Notes: generated by a model not told the origin, from the letters alone. Positions 10,839 through 21,689 are shown, counted from the stretch's first letter. The stretch: DNA of 64,000 nucleotides from an uncultured delta proteobacterium (GCA_963793865.1 CAWCBP010000001.1:768001-832000); one strand, 5' to 3'. Translations and numbers: made by a program.

Positions 10839-11788
10839 TTAAACTGCTTGAAGCAGTCGTATTATAGGCGGTCCTAAAATGACCACAAAAAGAGCCGGAA
10901 AAATGCAAAAGATCAGCACAAGGATCAATTTAAGCGGCATTTTTGCAGCCACCTCTTCGGCCTTAAGGTAGCGTTTGGTTCTGAAGGTATCTGAGTAAAC
11001 CCTCAGGGCATTTCCCACGCTGGTGCCGAACTTGTCTGCCTGGATTAATAGGGTTACCAGGCTGTTAATGTCTTCGAGGTCGGTCCGCAAGGCCAGATTT
11101 TTGAGCGCGTCCTGCCGTGATTTGCCCGCGGTTAATTCAAGATTGTACATTTTCAGCTCATCACTCAGGTCCCTGTTGGTGAGCCTGATTTCCTGCGCCA
11201 CCCGGTTGATGGTTGCGTCCAGACCCATACCGGCTTCCACGCTCACTGTCATAAGATCAAGCGCGTCGGGAAGTCCCCTGCCGATCCTTTCCTTCCTGCG
11301 GGCGGTTTTGATGCTCAGCCAGAGATCGGGCAGGTAAAAACCAATCATGGCAATAAGCACGCACACACCATGCTTGTGTATGGATTGAAAATGCGCAGGA
11401 TTGTCACGCGGGTTAAAATGAAGGTTGTGGAAGCACAATTGAAAGAAAGCACTTGGTTCCCCAGAACAGAGCCCGGGTATTCGGTCGTGTAAGACCGGCT
11501 CTGAGAAAGGTGAGCCTCAGATGGGAGTAATCAGCTTCCTTGCCGCCTGATGCCCATCTGCCCAGCACACCTAAATAATGCAGGAAAGGGATATTTTCAC
11601 TTCCTTCCCTGGTAATGGAAGCCGACTCTGAGAGCGAATCCGGAAATTCGTCCCGGTTCCAGTGGATCTTTTTTGACCATCTCACGGCTTTTGTTGGTTC
11701 TGCCAACATAGGCAAAGATGCCCCAGGATAAAAGCAAGCAGGAGAAAAAAGCCAGTATCGAGATGATAAGAGGCATTGAAGTAGGCAT
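10839..11788 (-). CDS. tadC: TadC (type II secretion F family) pilus assembly protein, frameshifted
   Basis: LPDALDLMTVSVEAGMGLD...GTSVGNALR...AEEVAAKMPLKL; N-terminal fragments at 11597-11788 and 11413-11715. Confidence 0.9.
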
Positions 11789-11800
11789 AATATTTCCTCT

Positions 11801-12768
11801 TTAGATGTTAATGGAAATTAACTTGCGTATGAGCACGACGCCCAGTAATGCCATTGATATGGCAATGGTCATTAGGATCTTTCCTACCGGTTCGGATGTT
11901 AATGTGTCTAGATAGTCTGGTTGCAGTATTTGAAGGTATGCAATAATAAGCAGTGGAATGGCAATGAGAATTGCTGCTGAGAATTTGCCTTCGGCTGATA
12001 AAACGCGAACCTTGTCTCTGAACTTGAAGCGTTCACGAATGATTCGGGCGATGCTATCCATGATTTCAGAAAGATTGCCGCCTGTATCCCGCTGGAGTAT
12101 AACGGAGGCAGTGAAATAACGCAGGTCGGGTAAATCGACGCGATTAAGAAGGTTTTTCAGGGCGTCGTTGGTGCTGATGCCAAAATTAATTTCATCCAGT
12201 GTCTTCTCAAATTCCGTGCCCAATGGATCATCAAAGTTTTCCGCTGCCAGTTTCATGCTTCCGGTAAAGGCATGACCTGCGCGCAGGGCGCGGGATAAAA
12301 ATTCCATTCCCTCCGGGAGCTGCTGCTCGAATTTTTTCATTCGCCCTTTTTTTTCATGCGAATGTACATATAGGGGATGGACGCCACAAGTACGGCAAAC
12401 AGAAACGGAATGCTTTGATTGCGCATCATCATCGAAGCGGCGTAATAACCCGTAAACAGGAGAACAAGAGACAGGAGCATAAAGAAGCCGAGGGGGTAGT
12501 TCAGGTTCGCCTGCTGAATGAGCCGGTCAAAGTGCAGAATGCCGGGTATTCTCCACAAAAGGTCGTTCAGAAACTTGACGTTACTTAATACTTTTTTCCT
12601 GAGAAGGTCGGAAGGCTCGCTGCCGGTAATCGCTGTAGAGTACTTCTGAATCTTATCCCGGATCGCTTCCCGGCTCAGCGACTTTCTCCTGCCCAGGTAA
12701 CGCAGGCTCTCAACAAGGCATATGGCAATGATAAAAAACAGGATAAAATGAACGATGAGAAAGTTCAT
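11801..12768 (-). CDS. tadB: TadB pilus assembly protein, frameshifted at a poly-T run near 12345
   Basis: FEQQLPEG..LRAGH...TGGNLSE...VLSAEGK. Confidence 0.9.
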
Positions 12769-12785
12769 TGGTTGTACCTCGGATG

Positions 12786-14128
12786 TCAGATTTTCATCAC
12801 GTTGTTTGGATCAAAAAGACTGTTGCTTACCTTGATGCCTGTAGCCGTGAATTTATCAATAAACCGGGGCTTAACGCCATGAAACCGGTAGATGCCTCGA
12901 ACCTTGTTTTCCGCGTCTATGGTCGTCTGCTCGAAGGAGAAGATTTCCTGCAGTGAAATGACATTGCCTTCCATGCCGGTAAGCTCCTGAACGCTGATCA
13001 CTTTTCTGGTGCCGTCGGTCAGGCGCTGCAGGTGAATCAGCACATCGAGTGCGGAGCTTACGTATTTCCGTATAAAATCCAGCGGGATTTCAAAGCTGGC
13101 CATGGCCACCATGCTTTCCAGCCTCATGAGTGCATCACGGGGGGAATTGGCATGAATGGTGGTGAGCGATCCGTCATGGCCGGTGTTCATGGCCTGGAGC
13201 ATGTCAAATGCCTCCTGGCCGCGGACCTCCCCCACAACAATGCGGTCTGGCCTCATTCTGAGGCTGTTTCTCACCAGGTCGCGCTGGGTAATCTCGCCTT
13301 TGCCTTCAATGTTGGACGGGCGCGTTTCCAGCCTGATAACGTGCTCCTGCTTGAGCTGCAGTTCCGAGGAATCTTCGATAGTAATGATGCGCTCGTCGGC
13401 GGGAATGAAGCGGGAAAGCACGTTCAGCAGGGTGGTTTTGCCGCTCCCGGTACCTCCCGAAATCAGGACATTAAGCCGCGCCTTCACAATTCCCTTCAGA
13501 ATTTCACCGATTTCCGGGGTTAGGGTTTGAAAATTAACAAGATCTTCCATCTCATAGGGGTCTGCGGCAAAACGCCTGATGGAAAGGATGGGGCCGTCTA
13601 TTGCCAGCGGGGGAATGATGGCGTTTACCCGGGACCCATCCCTAAGCCGCGCATCCACCATGGGCGAGGACTCATCGATACGCCTGCCTACGAAGGAAAC
13701 GATCTTGTCGATGATTTTCATGAGATGGGCATTGTCCTTAAAACGCGCGTCGGTTGAGGTCGAGCTTGCCGTAGCGTTCCACGTAGATCTGATTGTAGGT
13801 GTTGACCAGTATATCAGATACCGAGGGGTCCTGAATGAAAGGTTCAATCGGTCCCAGTCCCAGCACTTCATTCTGGATTTCGGTGATGAGCAATTCGATT
13901 TCAACCGAATTCAGGGGCACCCCATGGCCGTCTTCGCGAAGAATGCTTTCAACCAGTCTCCTGATCTGGGATTTGATAATGCCATGTTCGAGCTTTTCAA
14001 TCATGGTCAGATCAATGAGATCCAGCAGCCGATCGTGAATTTTATGTCTTCAGCTCAAAATATTCCTCGGGAATATTTTTCTTAAACTCCCGTTCCGAAA
14101 TGGTCTTGACGCCCGTTTTCTCGTACAT
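12786..14128 (-). CDS. tadA: TadA/CpaF pilus assembly ATPase, frameshifted
   Basis: [34 protein letters not shown]-terminal [17 protein letters not shown] in another frame. Confidence 0.95.
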
Positions 14129-14146
14129 GGCTTCATCCTCACTGGT

Positions 14147-15334
14147 TTAGGCAGTCACCTGCTTGTTCTTCGGTGTGTCCTTGCCCCTGAGGGCACTCCA
14201 CCATTTTTTCTCCGTTTTTAATTCTCCTGCCGCGATGCGGTCGGCCAGATCTTTGAAGCTCTTGGTTATGGCGGCATTTTTGGCGATCTGGGACAGGGCT
14301 TTCCCCTGGTTTATGGCCGTGAGCGTGGTCCGGTAATCATTGGGTATGGTCCAGAAAATTTTCTTACTGATGCCGTTTTCAGCGTCATCAAGAGAGATCT
14401 CAGAAGATTTTATGTAGCGGTTCATCACCACCTTGATCAGTTTATCCACCGGGTAGCCGAGATTGAGAAGCGACCGCAGCAGCTTGTCAATATTTGAAAG
14501 GCAGGGCAGGGTGAGCACTGCGGTAAGGAGCACCGTGTCGGACGCCGCAAGCAGCTTTAAGAACATTGGATTGAGCGGATGCCCGCCGTCGATAATCACG
14601 TAGTCAAACATCCGGCTCATCAGTTCAAGTATGCGGTCCATGACCTTGGGGTCAAGAGCATCATTATGGTCAAAGTGCCGGGGAGATGGCAGCACGTAAA
14701 CTCCGGCAGAGGATTTGGAAAGGGCGTTCATCAGAAAGGTATTATCCAGGCGCGATACCTGCTTGGTAATTTCACTTAAATCATGCTTCGGCTTGATTTC
14801 AAGAAAAAGCGGCACCTCCCCGAAGAGCATGTTCATATCTACCAATGCCACGGACTTGACGCCTTTCTTTTCTGCCAGGCTGGCAGCCAGGTTTACCGCC
14901 ACCGTGGTGGTACCGACGCCTCCCTTGGCGCCAATTACATTGATGATGTGGCCGGGCGTTATGGGCACCACGGTCGATGATTTGTCCTGCCTTACTATGA
15001 AGCGTTCCAGCGCCTCCCTGATTTCTTCTTCATTGAACGGCTGAATGATGAATTCCTTTACGCCGGTCCTGATGGCCCGCATGAGCAGATCCTGGTCAGC
15101 CTGCGCGGAGGTTAAGAAGACCTCATCCACTTCCTTGGCGTGAAGCAGGGATTCAACGTGATTGAATGATTCATCGGCATTGGTCCCGATTTCATACATG
15201 AGGAGGTTGACATGTTGTGTATCGTTCGGGTCTTGAACATGCAGGCCGTCGATGCTTCGTACCATGGATTCAAGAAGATTTCTCGCGCTTTTGTTTTTTA
15301 TTTGCAGCTTAACCGTAAGGCTGTTAAGTAACAT
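14147..15334 (-). CDS. cpaE: TadZ/CpaE (degenerate receiver plus MinD/ParA-like ATPase)
   Basis: GAKGGVGTTTVAVNLA, DMN..FG, IPND..AINQG. Confidence 0.9.
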   Translation of the reverse strand: MLLNSLTVKLQIKNKSARNLLESMVRSIDGLHVQDPNDTQHVNLLMYEIGTNADESFNHVESLLHAKEVDEVFLTSAQADQDLLMRAIRTGVKEFIIQPFNEEEIREALERFIVRQDKSSTVVPITPGHIINVIGAKGGVGTTTVAVNLAASLAEKKGVKSVALVDMNMLFGEVPLFLEIKPKHDLSEITKQVSRLDNTFLMNALSKSSAGVYVLPSPRHFDHNDALDPKVMDRILELMSRMFDYVIIDGGHPLNPMFLKLLAASDTVLLTAVLTLPCLSNIDKLLRSLLNLGYPVDKLIKVVMNRYIKSSEISLDDAENGISKKIFWTIPNDYRTTLTAINQGKALSQIAKNAAITKSFKDLADRIAAGELKTEKKWWSALRGKDTPKNKQVTA

Positions 15335-15390
15335 GTAATTCCTCCCGCTTGGTAAGCGCTGATGATATGAAACATTCAGTAGTTGTGAGC

Positions 15391-16629
15391 CTATTGCACC
15401 AGGACCGGAATCCGCGCCAGAATGCCGAAATTGTGTCCCCCGCTCGTACCCGCAGGCTCGTGCGGCGTGCAGTCAGGCAGGAAGTATATCGACTTGTTTG
15501 CATAGGGCGCAGGGCTACCATCAACATTTTTAAGCTGGAAATGCTCCGCGAAACTGTTCCAGCGGACCAGGCCATCGGGATTATCGTTGGCCCAGCTTGA
15601 CACAACATTTTCTATCCCGGCCATTTGCGTTGGGACATTATTGTATTGAGGATCATTCTCTTCCGTAATCCATATGATGTTAAGGTTAACCGCACCCCGC
15701 AATTCCTGACACACGTTCATGTTATTATCCGGACAGTTGACAACAGGAAGGGTAACGTTCCAGGGCTGGGTCCTCCCGGAATTTGACGTCCAGCAGTTTA
15801 TCAGCTCATTAAAGGCACTCTGAATTTCTCCGCCATTAGTGCCCATATCAGCACCAAGCCGCAGAATCTCCGGGTTGCCGTCTCCGCAGATGAGCCCCCT
15901 GACTTCCTGTGAATTGGTACCGCCGGTACAGGCATCATCCTGGTTAAAATTGGTCCATCCCCCGGTTTCGCTGCTGGCCACATTCTGGCCGCTGTTGATC
16001 ATTCTTCCAACGTTACAGGTATATTCATCATTCTGCTGTATGCTCTCCTGGCAGACAACAATTGGCTGGTCAACGTCGAAAGGAGCCAGGGTTCCGGCAA
16101 ATCCGCGATAGGCCACAGCTTCAGCGCTCAGCTCAAAGCCGTCATAGCCGAAGATGCGGGCGAAAAACGCTTCAGCTGGTGTCGCCTCCCGTCGTGCCCT
16201 GACCCGGACGGCATTGATAAAGTTCAGATTGCGGTCCAATTCCTCATCGGATACATTCCAGAGGTCAACCGCCGCGGTTGCATCATTGGGAGTAAAGGTG
16301 CGGTTGTAAAAGCTCCAGTGACCCCGTTCCACATCACCTGCATTCCCGCCGCCCCAGTTTACTTCAACCGGTATGTTTTCACTCAGGTTTGCCGTGGCGG
16401 CATCGTAGCCATCCTGATTTGCCAGTGTATTTACGGCCGTGCCCTCATCGTCGTATAGAAAACGGGCTGCTGCAAGCGCACCTGCGTCGGCGGCATTTTG
16501 CAGCTCGTTTCTGACCACATAGATATGTGCCACGTCAATTCCCAATGCTGCAAAGCAGATAAGGGGAAACAGGATCAGTGCAACCACCAGTGCCGTTACA
16601 CCCCGTTCATGACTGTTATGTGTTCGCAT
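15391..16629 (-). CDS. tadG: TadG-like pilus-associated protein
   Basis: ERGVTA..GID..VVRNELQNAADAGALAAA. Confidence 0.85.
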   Translation of the reverse strand: MRTHNSHERGVTALVVALILFPLICFAALGIDVAHIYVVRNELQNAADAGALAAARFLYDDEGTAVNTLANQDGYDAATANLSENIPVEVNWGGGNAGDVERGHWSFYNRTFTPNDATAAVDLWNVSDEELDRNLNFINAVRVRARREATPAEAFFARIFGYDGFELSAEAVAYRGFAGTLAPFDVDQPIVVCQESIQQNDEYTCNVGRMINSGQNVASSETGGWTNFNQDDACTGGTNSQEVRGLICGDGNPEILRLGADMGTNGGEIQSAFNELINCWTSNSGRTQPWNVTLPVVNCPDNNMNVCQELRGAVNLNIIWITEENDPQYNNVPTQMAGIENVVSSWANDNPDGLVRWNSFAEHFQLKNVDGSPAPYANKSIYFLPDCTPHEPAGTSGGHNFGILARIPVLVQ

Positions 16630-16656
16630 GGCAACTCCTGTCCGCGGCGGAGGAAA

Positions 16657-17091
16657 TTACTCCATTCGCATCACGGTTTCAGCCTCCATGGTTATGCCCG
16701 GGGCGAGGGAGGTTATAAAATTGGGCAGCACCAGAAAGTTATAGGTATAGGTAACCCGGACCGTGAGGGGGTCACCGGCGGCGTCTCCGGCTCTGGAAAT
16801 TTGCGTGCTGATATCGGATGCGCCACCAAGGCTGATCATGTTGTCGCTGCAATACCTGTTCACCGCATCCAAGATGTCACTGTTGCCTCTGCGGGGATCG
16901 TCATACACTATGCCCGCCCGCGCTCCCTCACGGCTGGCATTGGTAATCACCGCCTTGTCATACAGTGCCGTTGTGAATTCAATCGCACCGAAGATAAGTA
17001 AGACAAGCGGCAGCAGGATAAGCGCAAATTCAACGGCAGCCACACCCTTCTGATCGCGCATCGTTTTTTTCACGGTTTTTCTCCCGGTCAT
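16657..17091 (-). CDS. tadE: TadE-like pseudopilin
   Basis: QKGVAAVEFALILLPL...NASREGAR. Confidence 0.9.
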   Translation of the reverse strand: MTGRKTVKKTMRDQKGVAAVEFALILLPLVLLIFGAIEFTTALYDKAVITNASREGARAGIVYDDPRRGNSDILDAVNRYCSDNMISLGGASDISTQISRAGDAAGDPLTVRVTYTYNFLVLPNFITSLAPGITMEAETVMRME

Positions 17092-17096
17092 TATTT

Positions 17097-17408
17097 TTAC
17101 TTCTCACCTATGCCTTCTATATTTCCCAGGCGAAGATTATAGGTGGTATCCTTATCCTCGCTGCCACACCCCTGCTGATAGCCCTCCATTGCCTGTTCGG
17201 CTGCAATCCCGTCCAAACCAACAACCGGCTCGAGATTCTTTGAGGCATCAGGGTTTGCTGTCTGGTTTTGTTTGACAGATTCATAGGCACTGCCCCAGTT
17301 TTTCTTCAGCGTATCGTGGCCACAGGCGGCGAACGCGAACGAAATCATGAAGATGACTGCCACTATGCCTGCACATTTATTCTTCATTGCTTCCTCCTTA
17401 TAACTCAT
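17097..17408 (-). CDS. small pilus-assembly lipoprotein (CpaD/RcpB-like position)
   Basis: FAAC lipobox; QTANP.A...V.GLDG; located between the secretin and tadE. Confidence 0.65.
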   Translation of the reverse strand: MSYKEEAMKNKCAGIVAVIFMISFAFAACGHDTLKKNWGSAYESVKQNQTANPDASKNLEPVVGLDGIAAEQAMEGYQQGCGSEDKDTTYNLRLGNIEGIGEK

Positions 17409-17448
17409 GAGGTTGGGCGTAATTAATTGATTCTCACTATCCTAAAGG

Positions 17449-18874
17449 TTATTCCGTTACCGGGATGGCCGGGCCAAAATCGCCATCCAGTTCACCTTTG
17501 AGCATGACATCATTTTCTTTTCCTTCCATAAAGCCCCAGAGGTAGATGTCCCAATCGTCGGGCTCTATGTAGTAGTCAGTGGGAAGTGCCTGCTTTGCCA
17601 TATTCAGGGGTTTTACCAGCCGTGGTGTAACCACGATGACCAGTTCCGTTTCCTGCTTCTGAAAAGACCGGCTCCGGAAGAGTGAACCTAAAATGGGAAT
17701 TTCTCCCAGTTTCGGATATCTGCTGAAGCTATCCCGCACCGTCTCGCTTAAAAGACCGGCGATGGCAAAGCTCTGGCCGTCAGCAAGGTCTACGGTCGTT
17801 GCTGCCCGCCTGGTTATTAACCCTGGTATTAAGAAGCCTTCCACCACCACAGCTGTGGAGTAATCAAGATCAGATACTTCCGGGGCAACATTAATGCTGA
17901 TTTTATTGTTCTCAAGCACGGTCGGTGTGAAGGAAAGACCGACTCCGTATGACTTATACTCGATTCCAACCGTACCCAGGCCCTGGGGGATAGGTACCGG
18001 AAATTCACCGCCCGCCAGGAAATTGGCTGTCTGGCCGCTTAAGGCAATGAGTGTAGGTTCTGCCATAACTTTCAGCATGCCGTCTTCTTTAAGTGCATCA
18101 ATGAAGCCGGTCCAGCTTGAGTTGCCCTTGTTGAAGCGGAAAAAGGCATTAACAGCGGGAGATAACAAAGAGCCCAAGGGGGCCTGCTGCCAGGTTTGCA
18201 TCCTGCGGCTGAACCAGCCGTACCAGGTTGTTTACAAAGCCGGCCGCGAAATCATTGTTGTTGGTGTAGGTAAAATTGACCCCCAGCTGTTTCAGAAGCT
18301 GTTTGGAGACCTCCGCAACCCTTACTTCAAGCATCACCTGCTGTATTCCAGCCACCTCAAGCAGATTGCGCACGCTTCCCTTTGGTGCATATGCTTCTGC
18401 CAGGGATATCGCCTGCGAAAGGTTGGCGGTGCTGGAGATTCTGCCCGAGAGGGTGATTGAGTTTCCGGTTGAAAAAACCTGCATGTCCTTCTCATCAGGC
18501 AGCAGCGATGCCAGCTTCTGTTTCAGCCCGGCTATATCATAGCCGACCTCCAGATCATATACGGAGACTACTTTGCCGTCCTGCCAGAGGGTAAGGTTTG
18601 TTGCACCGACGGATTTGCCGGTAATGTATATTTCTTTAGGTGATATAAGAATGAAATCAGCGATTTCCGGCTGGGCAATCGAAACCCGCTTAGCCGCCTG
18701 GCCGCTTCGTAACGTCAATGATTTGCCCACAGCCAGTTCAATTCGTTCGGCTTCCGTGGTGCTGGAGACAAGGGTGTCACCGCTCATGGCAGAGGTTGTT
18801 AAAACCAGGCTGCAAATGAGAACAAGTATGAAACAGGCTTTTTCACTTAAATTATGACGGTGTAACGTTTTCAT
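17449..18874 (-). CDS. rcpA: RcpA/CpaC secretin, frameshifted near 18150-18200
   Basis: N-domain RVSIAQPEIAD..G.TNL; QQVMLEVRVAEV; AEPTLIALSG..FLAGGEFP; GEIPILGSLFRS..ETELVIVVTP. Confidence 0.92.
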
Positions 18875-18925
18875 ATCTGCCCCTCGCTTTCGTGTGCGGT
18901 TGGTGATAGTGTTCACTATAATTCG

Positions 18926-19770
18926 TTAGAAGCTGACCGATCCTGATTGAGAGCCCCTGATAACCTGGACTGTGGTCGCAGCTACCGGGGCCTTCCCAGT
19001 CGCCTTAGGCGCCGCTGTCGCTGCGGGTTTTGTCAAACTGTATGAACTCAGCGCGTCGGGAATGGAGGTGCCTTTTGTATACACTGTCTCACCGTCGGTG
19101 GCGTTTCTCAAAGCAAACTGCAGCTTGCCCTCGGTCGCCGCGAGCGCCAGCTTTTCTCCTTCCTCGGGCGTCACTTCAAGCGTGTACACGTCTACGGGGC
19201 TGTGTCTTTATCACCTTTCCCTTCTTTTGCGACTTCAGTGCCTGTTGCAAGCACCAGGATGTCCTGAAGCACTAATTTGTTAATTTCCCGGTCATCCCGG
19301 GGATCGGTTAAGGTGACCAGCACATCAACCCGGTTGCCGGGCTTTATAAATCCGGAAATACCGATTATCTTATCACCCTTAACCGCGAGTGCCCTTTTCC
19401 CCGGCTTTACAACGGCGGAAATACCTCCGCTGGTGACGGAATTGGGCGCCAGTCTCGATTCAAGAATGGGTTCCTTAAGTTTAAGCGGTGCTATGGCAAC
19501 TCTTCCTTCAAGCTGGGCGACATCGGTAAAATAGTCCGGTGTAACGCTATCCTTGAGAAAGGAGACCATTTGTATATCTTCCTTCTTAAGCTGCGTACCC
19601 CAGGGCAGATCATGCGACGCAACCGCGATTGAAACAGCATCGGCTTTTACTGTAGTCGACCTGAGAGAGGTCTGTTTCTTTATCCAACTGTAGGTAAAGA
19701 TGCTTCCGACCAGCGCGATGATCAGGGCAACTGTGATTGGTAAAAATCCGCTCCATTTATTCATCATCAT
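18926..19770 (-). CDS. cpaB: CpaB/RcpC Flp pilus assembly protein, frameshifted near 19190
   Basis: SAF-like domain, PGKRA..GFIKPGNRVDVL, TLEVTPEE.EKLALA. Confidence 0.9.
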
Positions 19771-19815
19771 ACTCCTTTTAAAGGGTTAATTGGGTTTGTA
19801 AACGTTCTTATCATG

Positions 19816-20379
19816 TTATAGCGGGTAACTCAAAAAGACCGCTTTCCAGCACATGGTGTAAATTGTTCCGGCGGCTATTGCCAGGGCGTAGTAGACTTTC
19901 GGCTTCTTCCCTTCGGACACGTCAACACCGATAACTCGCCGCTCACCGATGGAAGCATTCATTGCCGCAGCGTAGCTGCTTAAAAACTTAAAACTCCGGT
20001 TGTGTACAAGCAGTAATACAATCGCCAGGATTCCGCCGGCAAGAGAGGTAAAGATGCAGGCATTAACCACACCGCGCACGCCAAGCGCCGCCCCGACTGC
20101 ACCCATTAGTTTTGTATCCCCCGCGCCCATGAGTCCGAGCAGAAATGGCCCGAGAAAGATGGCTAAACCGGTAATGAGACCCAGCAGGCTATAAAGCAAC
20201 CCGTTTGTACCATTCAGCACGGTATGAAAGGTCAACGCGGCAGCCATGGCAGGGTAGGTCAACATGTTGGGAATTTTAAAAATCCTCATGTCTATTGCTA
20301 AAGCAATTAGAAGCACTGCTATTAAAAACAGGTTAAGGTAAATATCTGTCGCTCCAATGCTGAGCATGTGCCTTTCCAT
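19816..20379 (-). CDS. cpaA: TadV/CpaA prepilin peptidase (A24)
   Basis: D.RIFKIPN and MGAGDTKL aspartyl motifs. Confidence 0.92.
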   Translation of the reverse strand: MERHMLSIGATDIYLNLFLIAVLLIALAIDMRIFKIPNMLTYPAMAAALTFHTVLNGTNGLLYSLLGLITGLAIFLGPFLLGLMGAGDTKLMGAVGAALGVRGVVNACIFTSLAGGILAIVLLLVHNRSFKFLSSYAAAMNASIGERRVIGVDVSEGKKPKVYYALAIAAGTIYTMCWKAVFLSYPL

Positions 20380-20422
20380 GATTTAACCATCAAGCGTTCG
20401 ATAAATTATTCAGTAATGCTTG

Positions 20423-20449
20423 CTATCGGTAGGCGGGACAAAAACTTTA
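20423..20449 (-). promoter_or_regulatory. sigma28 (FliA)-like promoter for the cpaA-tad operon
   Basis: Minus strand TAAAGTTT-N11-ACCGATAG versus consensus TAAAGTTT-N11-GCCGATAA, about 45 bp upstream of cpaA. Confidence 0.6.
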
Positions 20450-20534
20450 GAAAAATGTTTCTTACAATGCGGACACGTGATATCCCGGAGGAAAGGTAGT
20501 TTTGCAATACCCTAACCAAACTATTTAAATTTAT

Positions 20535-20585
20535 GCAGGAGCGCATTCATAAACGATACATTCGCGGCTTCAAGCCGCGCCTACC
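20535..20585. repeat. GTAG-type REP-like palindromic element (copy A)
   Basis: gcaggagcgc...ttcgcggcttcaagccgcgcctacc; similar copies at 51271, 55071 and 55283. Confidence 0.7.
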
Positions 20586-20640
20586 GACTATCAGTTATGC
20601 TTAGCGAGAGATTGTCTTGTTTTTGTGCGCAGGAATGCAT

Positions 20641-20681
20641 AAACAAAACATCTCCTAAAAAATTTGGGAGATGTTTTGTTT
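20641..20681 (-). terminator. hairpin/terminator downstream of the flp array
   Basis: AAACAAAACATCTCC...GGAGATGTTTTGTTT 15-bp inverted repeat. Confidence 0.7.
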
Positions 20682-20717
20682 GAGTAGGAGATGCCCGGGA
20701 CTAAAGTAACATTCGCA

Positions 20718-20879
20718 TTACGGCATTTCGCCGGCGATAGTATTGAAGGTCCTTTCAACGGCCGTACCCAGGAGCGTAACCGCGCCTATGATAACCACGG
20801 CGATCAGGGCGGCGATCAGGGCATATTCCGGGGCGGTAACACCATCTTCTCTTTTAACCAGTTCCATTAATTTCTTCAT
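20718..20879 (-). CDS. flp: Flp (type IVc) pilin, copy 4
   Basis: Manual translation MKKLMELVKREDG|VTAPEYALIAALIAVVIIGAVTLLGTAVERTFNTIAGEMP (53 aa). Confidence 0.9.
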   Translation of the reverse strand: MKKLMELVKREDGVTAPEYALIAALIAVVIIGAVTLLGTAVERTFNTIAGEMP

Positions 20880-20962
20880 GTCTGTTCTCCTTTAATTACG
20901 TTGTTGTGTTTTATTCCCAGTAAATCATTGAATAATCTGTTCCATACCTCTCGATTGCTGTC

Positions 20963-21123
20963 TTACGGCATTTCGCCGGCGATAGTGTTGAAGGTCCTTT
21001 CAACGGCCGTCCCAGGAGCGTAACCGCGCCTATGATAACCACGGCGATCAGGGCGGCGATCAGGGCATATTCCGGGGCGGTAACACCATCTTCTCTTTTA
21101 ACCAGTTCCATTAATTTCTTCAT
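20963..21123 (-). CDS. flp: Flp pilin, copy 3 (1-bp deletion near 21010: sequencing error or pseudogene)
   Basis: 161 nt, near-identical to its neighbours but reads gccgt-ccca instead of gccgtaccca. Confidence 0.8.
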
Positions 21124-21203
21124 GCTGTTCTCCTTTAATTACGTTGTTGTGTTTTCATTCCCAGTAAATGTTAATAATCTGTTCCATACCCTCGATTGCT
21201 GTC

Positions 21204-21365
21204 TTACGGCATTTCGCCGGCGATGGTGTTGAAGGTCCTTTCAACGGCCGTACCCAGGAGCGTAACCGCGCCTATGATAACCACGGCGATCAGGGCGGCG
21301 ATCAGGGCATATTCCGGGGCGGTAACACCATCTTCTCTTTTAACCAGTTCCATTAATTTCTTCAT
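21204..21365 (-). CDS. flp: Flp pilin, copy 2
   Basis: Same 53-aa protein as copy 4; AAGGAGG RBS. Confidence 0.9.
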   Translation of the reverse strand: MKKLMELVKREDGVTAPEYALIAALIAVVIIGAVTLLGTAVERTFNTIAGEMP

Positions 21366-21453
21366 GCTCATTTCCTCCTTTCTCGTGTTAACATTTTTAT
21401 GTTTAGTTTTTTTATGCTATAACTATCGGCCCGGTGCGCTTAAAACAATAGCC

Positions 21454-21615
21454 TTATGGCATTTGGGCTGCCACATTGCTGAATGTTCTTTCTGTTGCCT
21501 GGCCCATCAGCGTGACTGCTCCTATAATAACCAATGCGATCAGTGCGGCAATCAAAGCATACTCAGATGATGTAACCCCTTCTTCTCTTTTAACCAGTTC
21601 CATTAATTTCTTCAT
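21454..21615 (-). CDS. flp: Flp pilin, copy 1 (divergent variant)
   Basis: MKKLMELVKREEG|VTSSEYALIAALIALVIIGAVTLMGQATERTFSNVAAQMP. Confidence 0.9.
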   Translation of the reverse strand: MKKLMELVKREEGVTSSEYALIAALIALVIIGAVTLMGQATERTFSNVAAQMP

Positions 21616-21672
21616 GATCGAATTTCTCCTTTCCCAATGATAACAATTATTCAATTATTGATGAATGGGAAA

Positions 21673-21689
21673 AGCAACTGTTATGCCAA
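21673..21689 (-). promoter_or_regulatory. sigma54 -24/-12 promoter of the flp array
   Basis: Minus strand TTGGCATAACAGTTGCT (GG-N10-GC), 58 bp upstream of flp1, with an AT-rich region beyond it. Confidence 0.75.

Larger units (their letters stand above)
20718..21365. repeat. tandem repeat, period ~241-245 bp (flp gene plus spacer), ~2.7 units
   Basis: Both the coding sequence and the spacer (ctgttctcctttaattacgttgttgtgtttt...gattgctgtc) are repeated. Confidence 0.9.

Noticed and set aside
10783..10908. 5' extension of the 444-aa TPR ORF
   Set aside because: It overlaps the end of tadC; the RBS supports a GTG start at 10782.
20718..21615. Tandem repeats as a CRISPR array
   Set aside because: The repeat units are whole flp genes with conserved spacers, and no cas genes are present.
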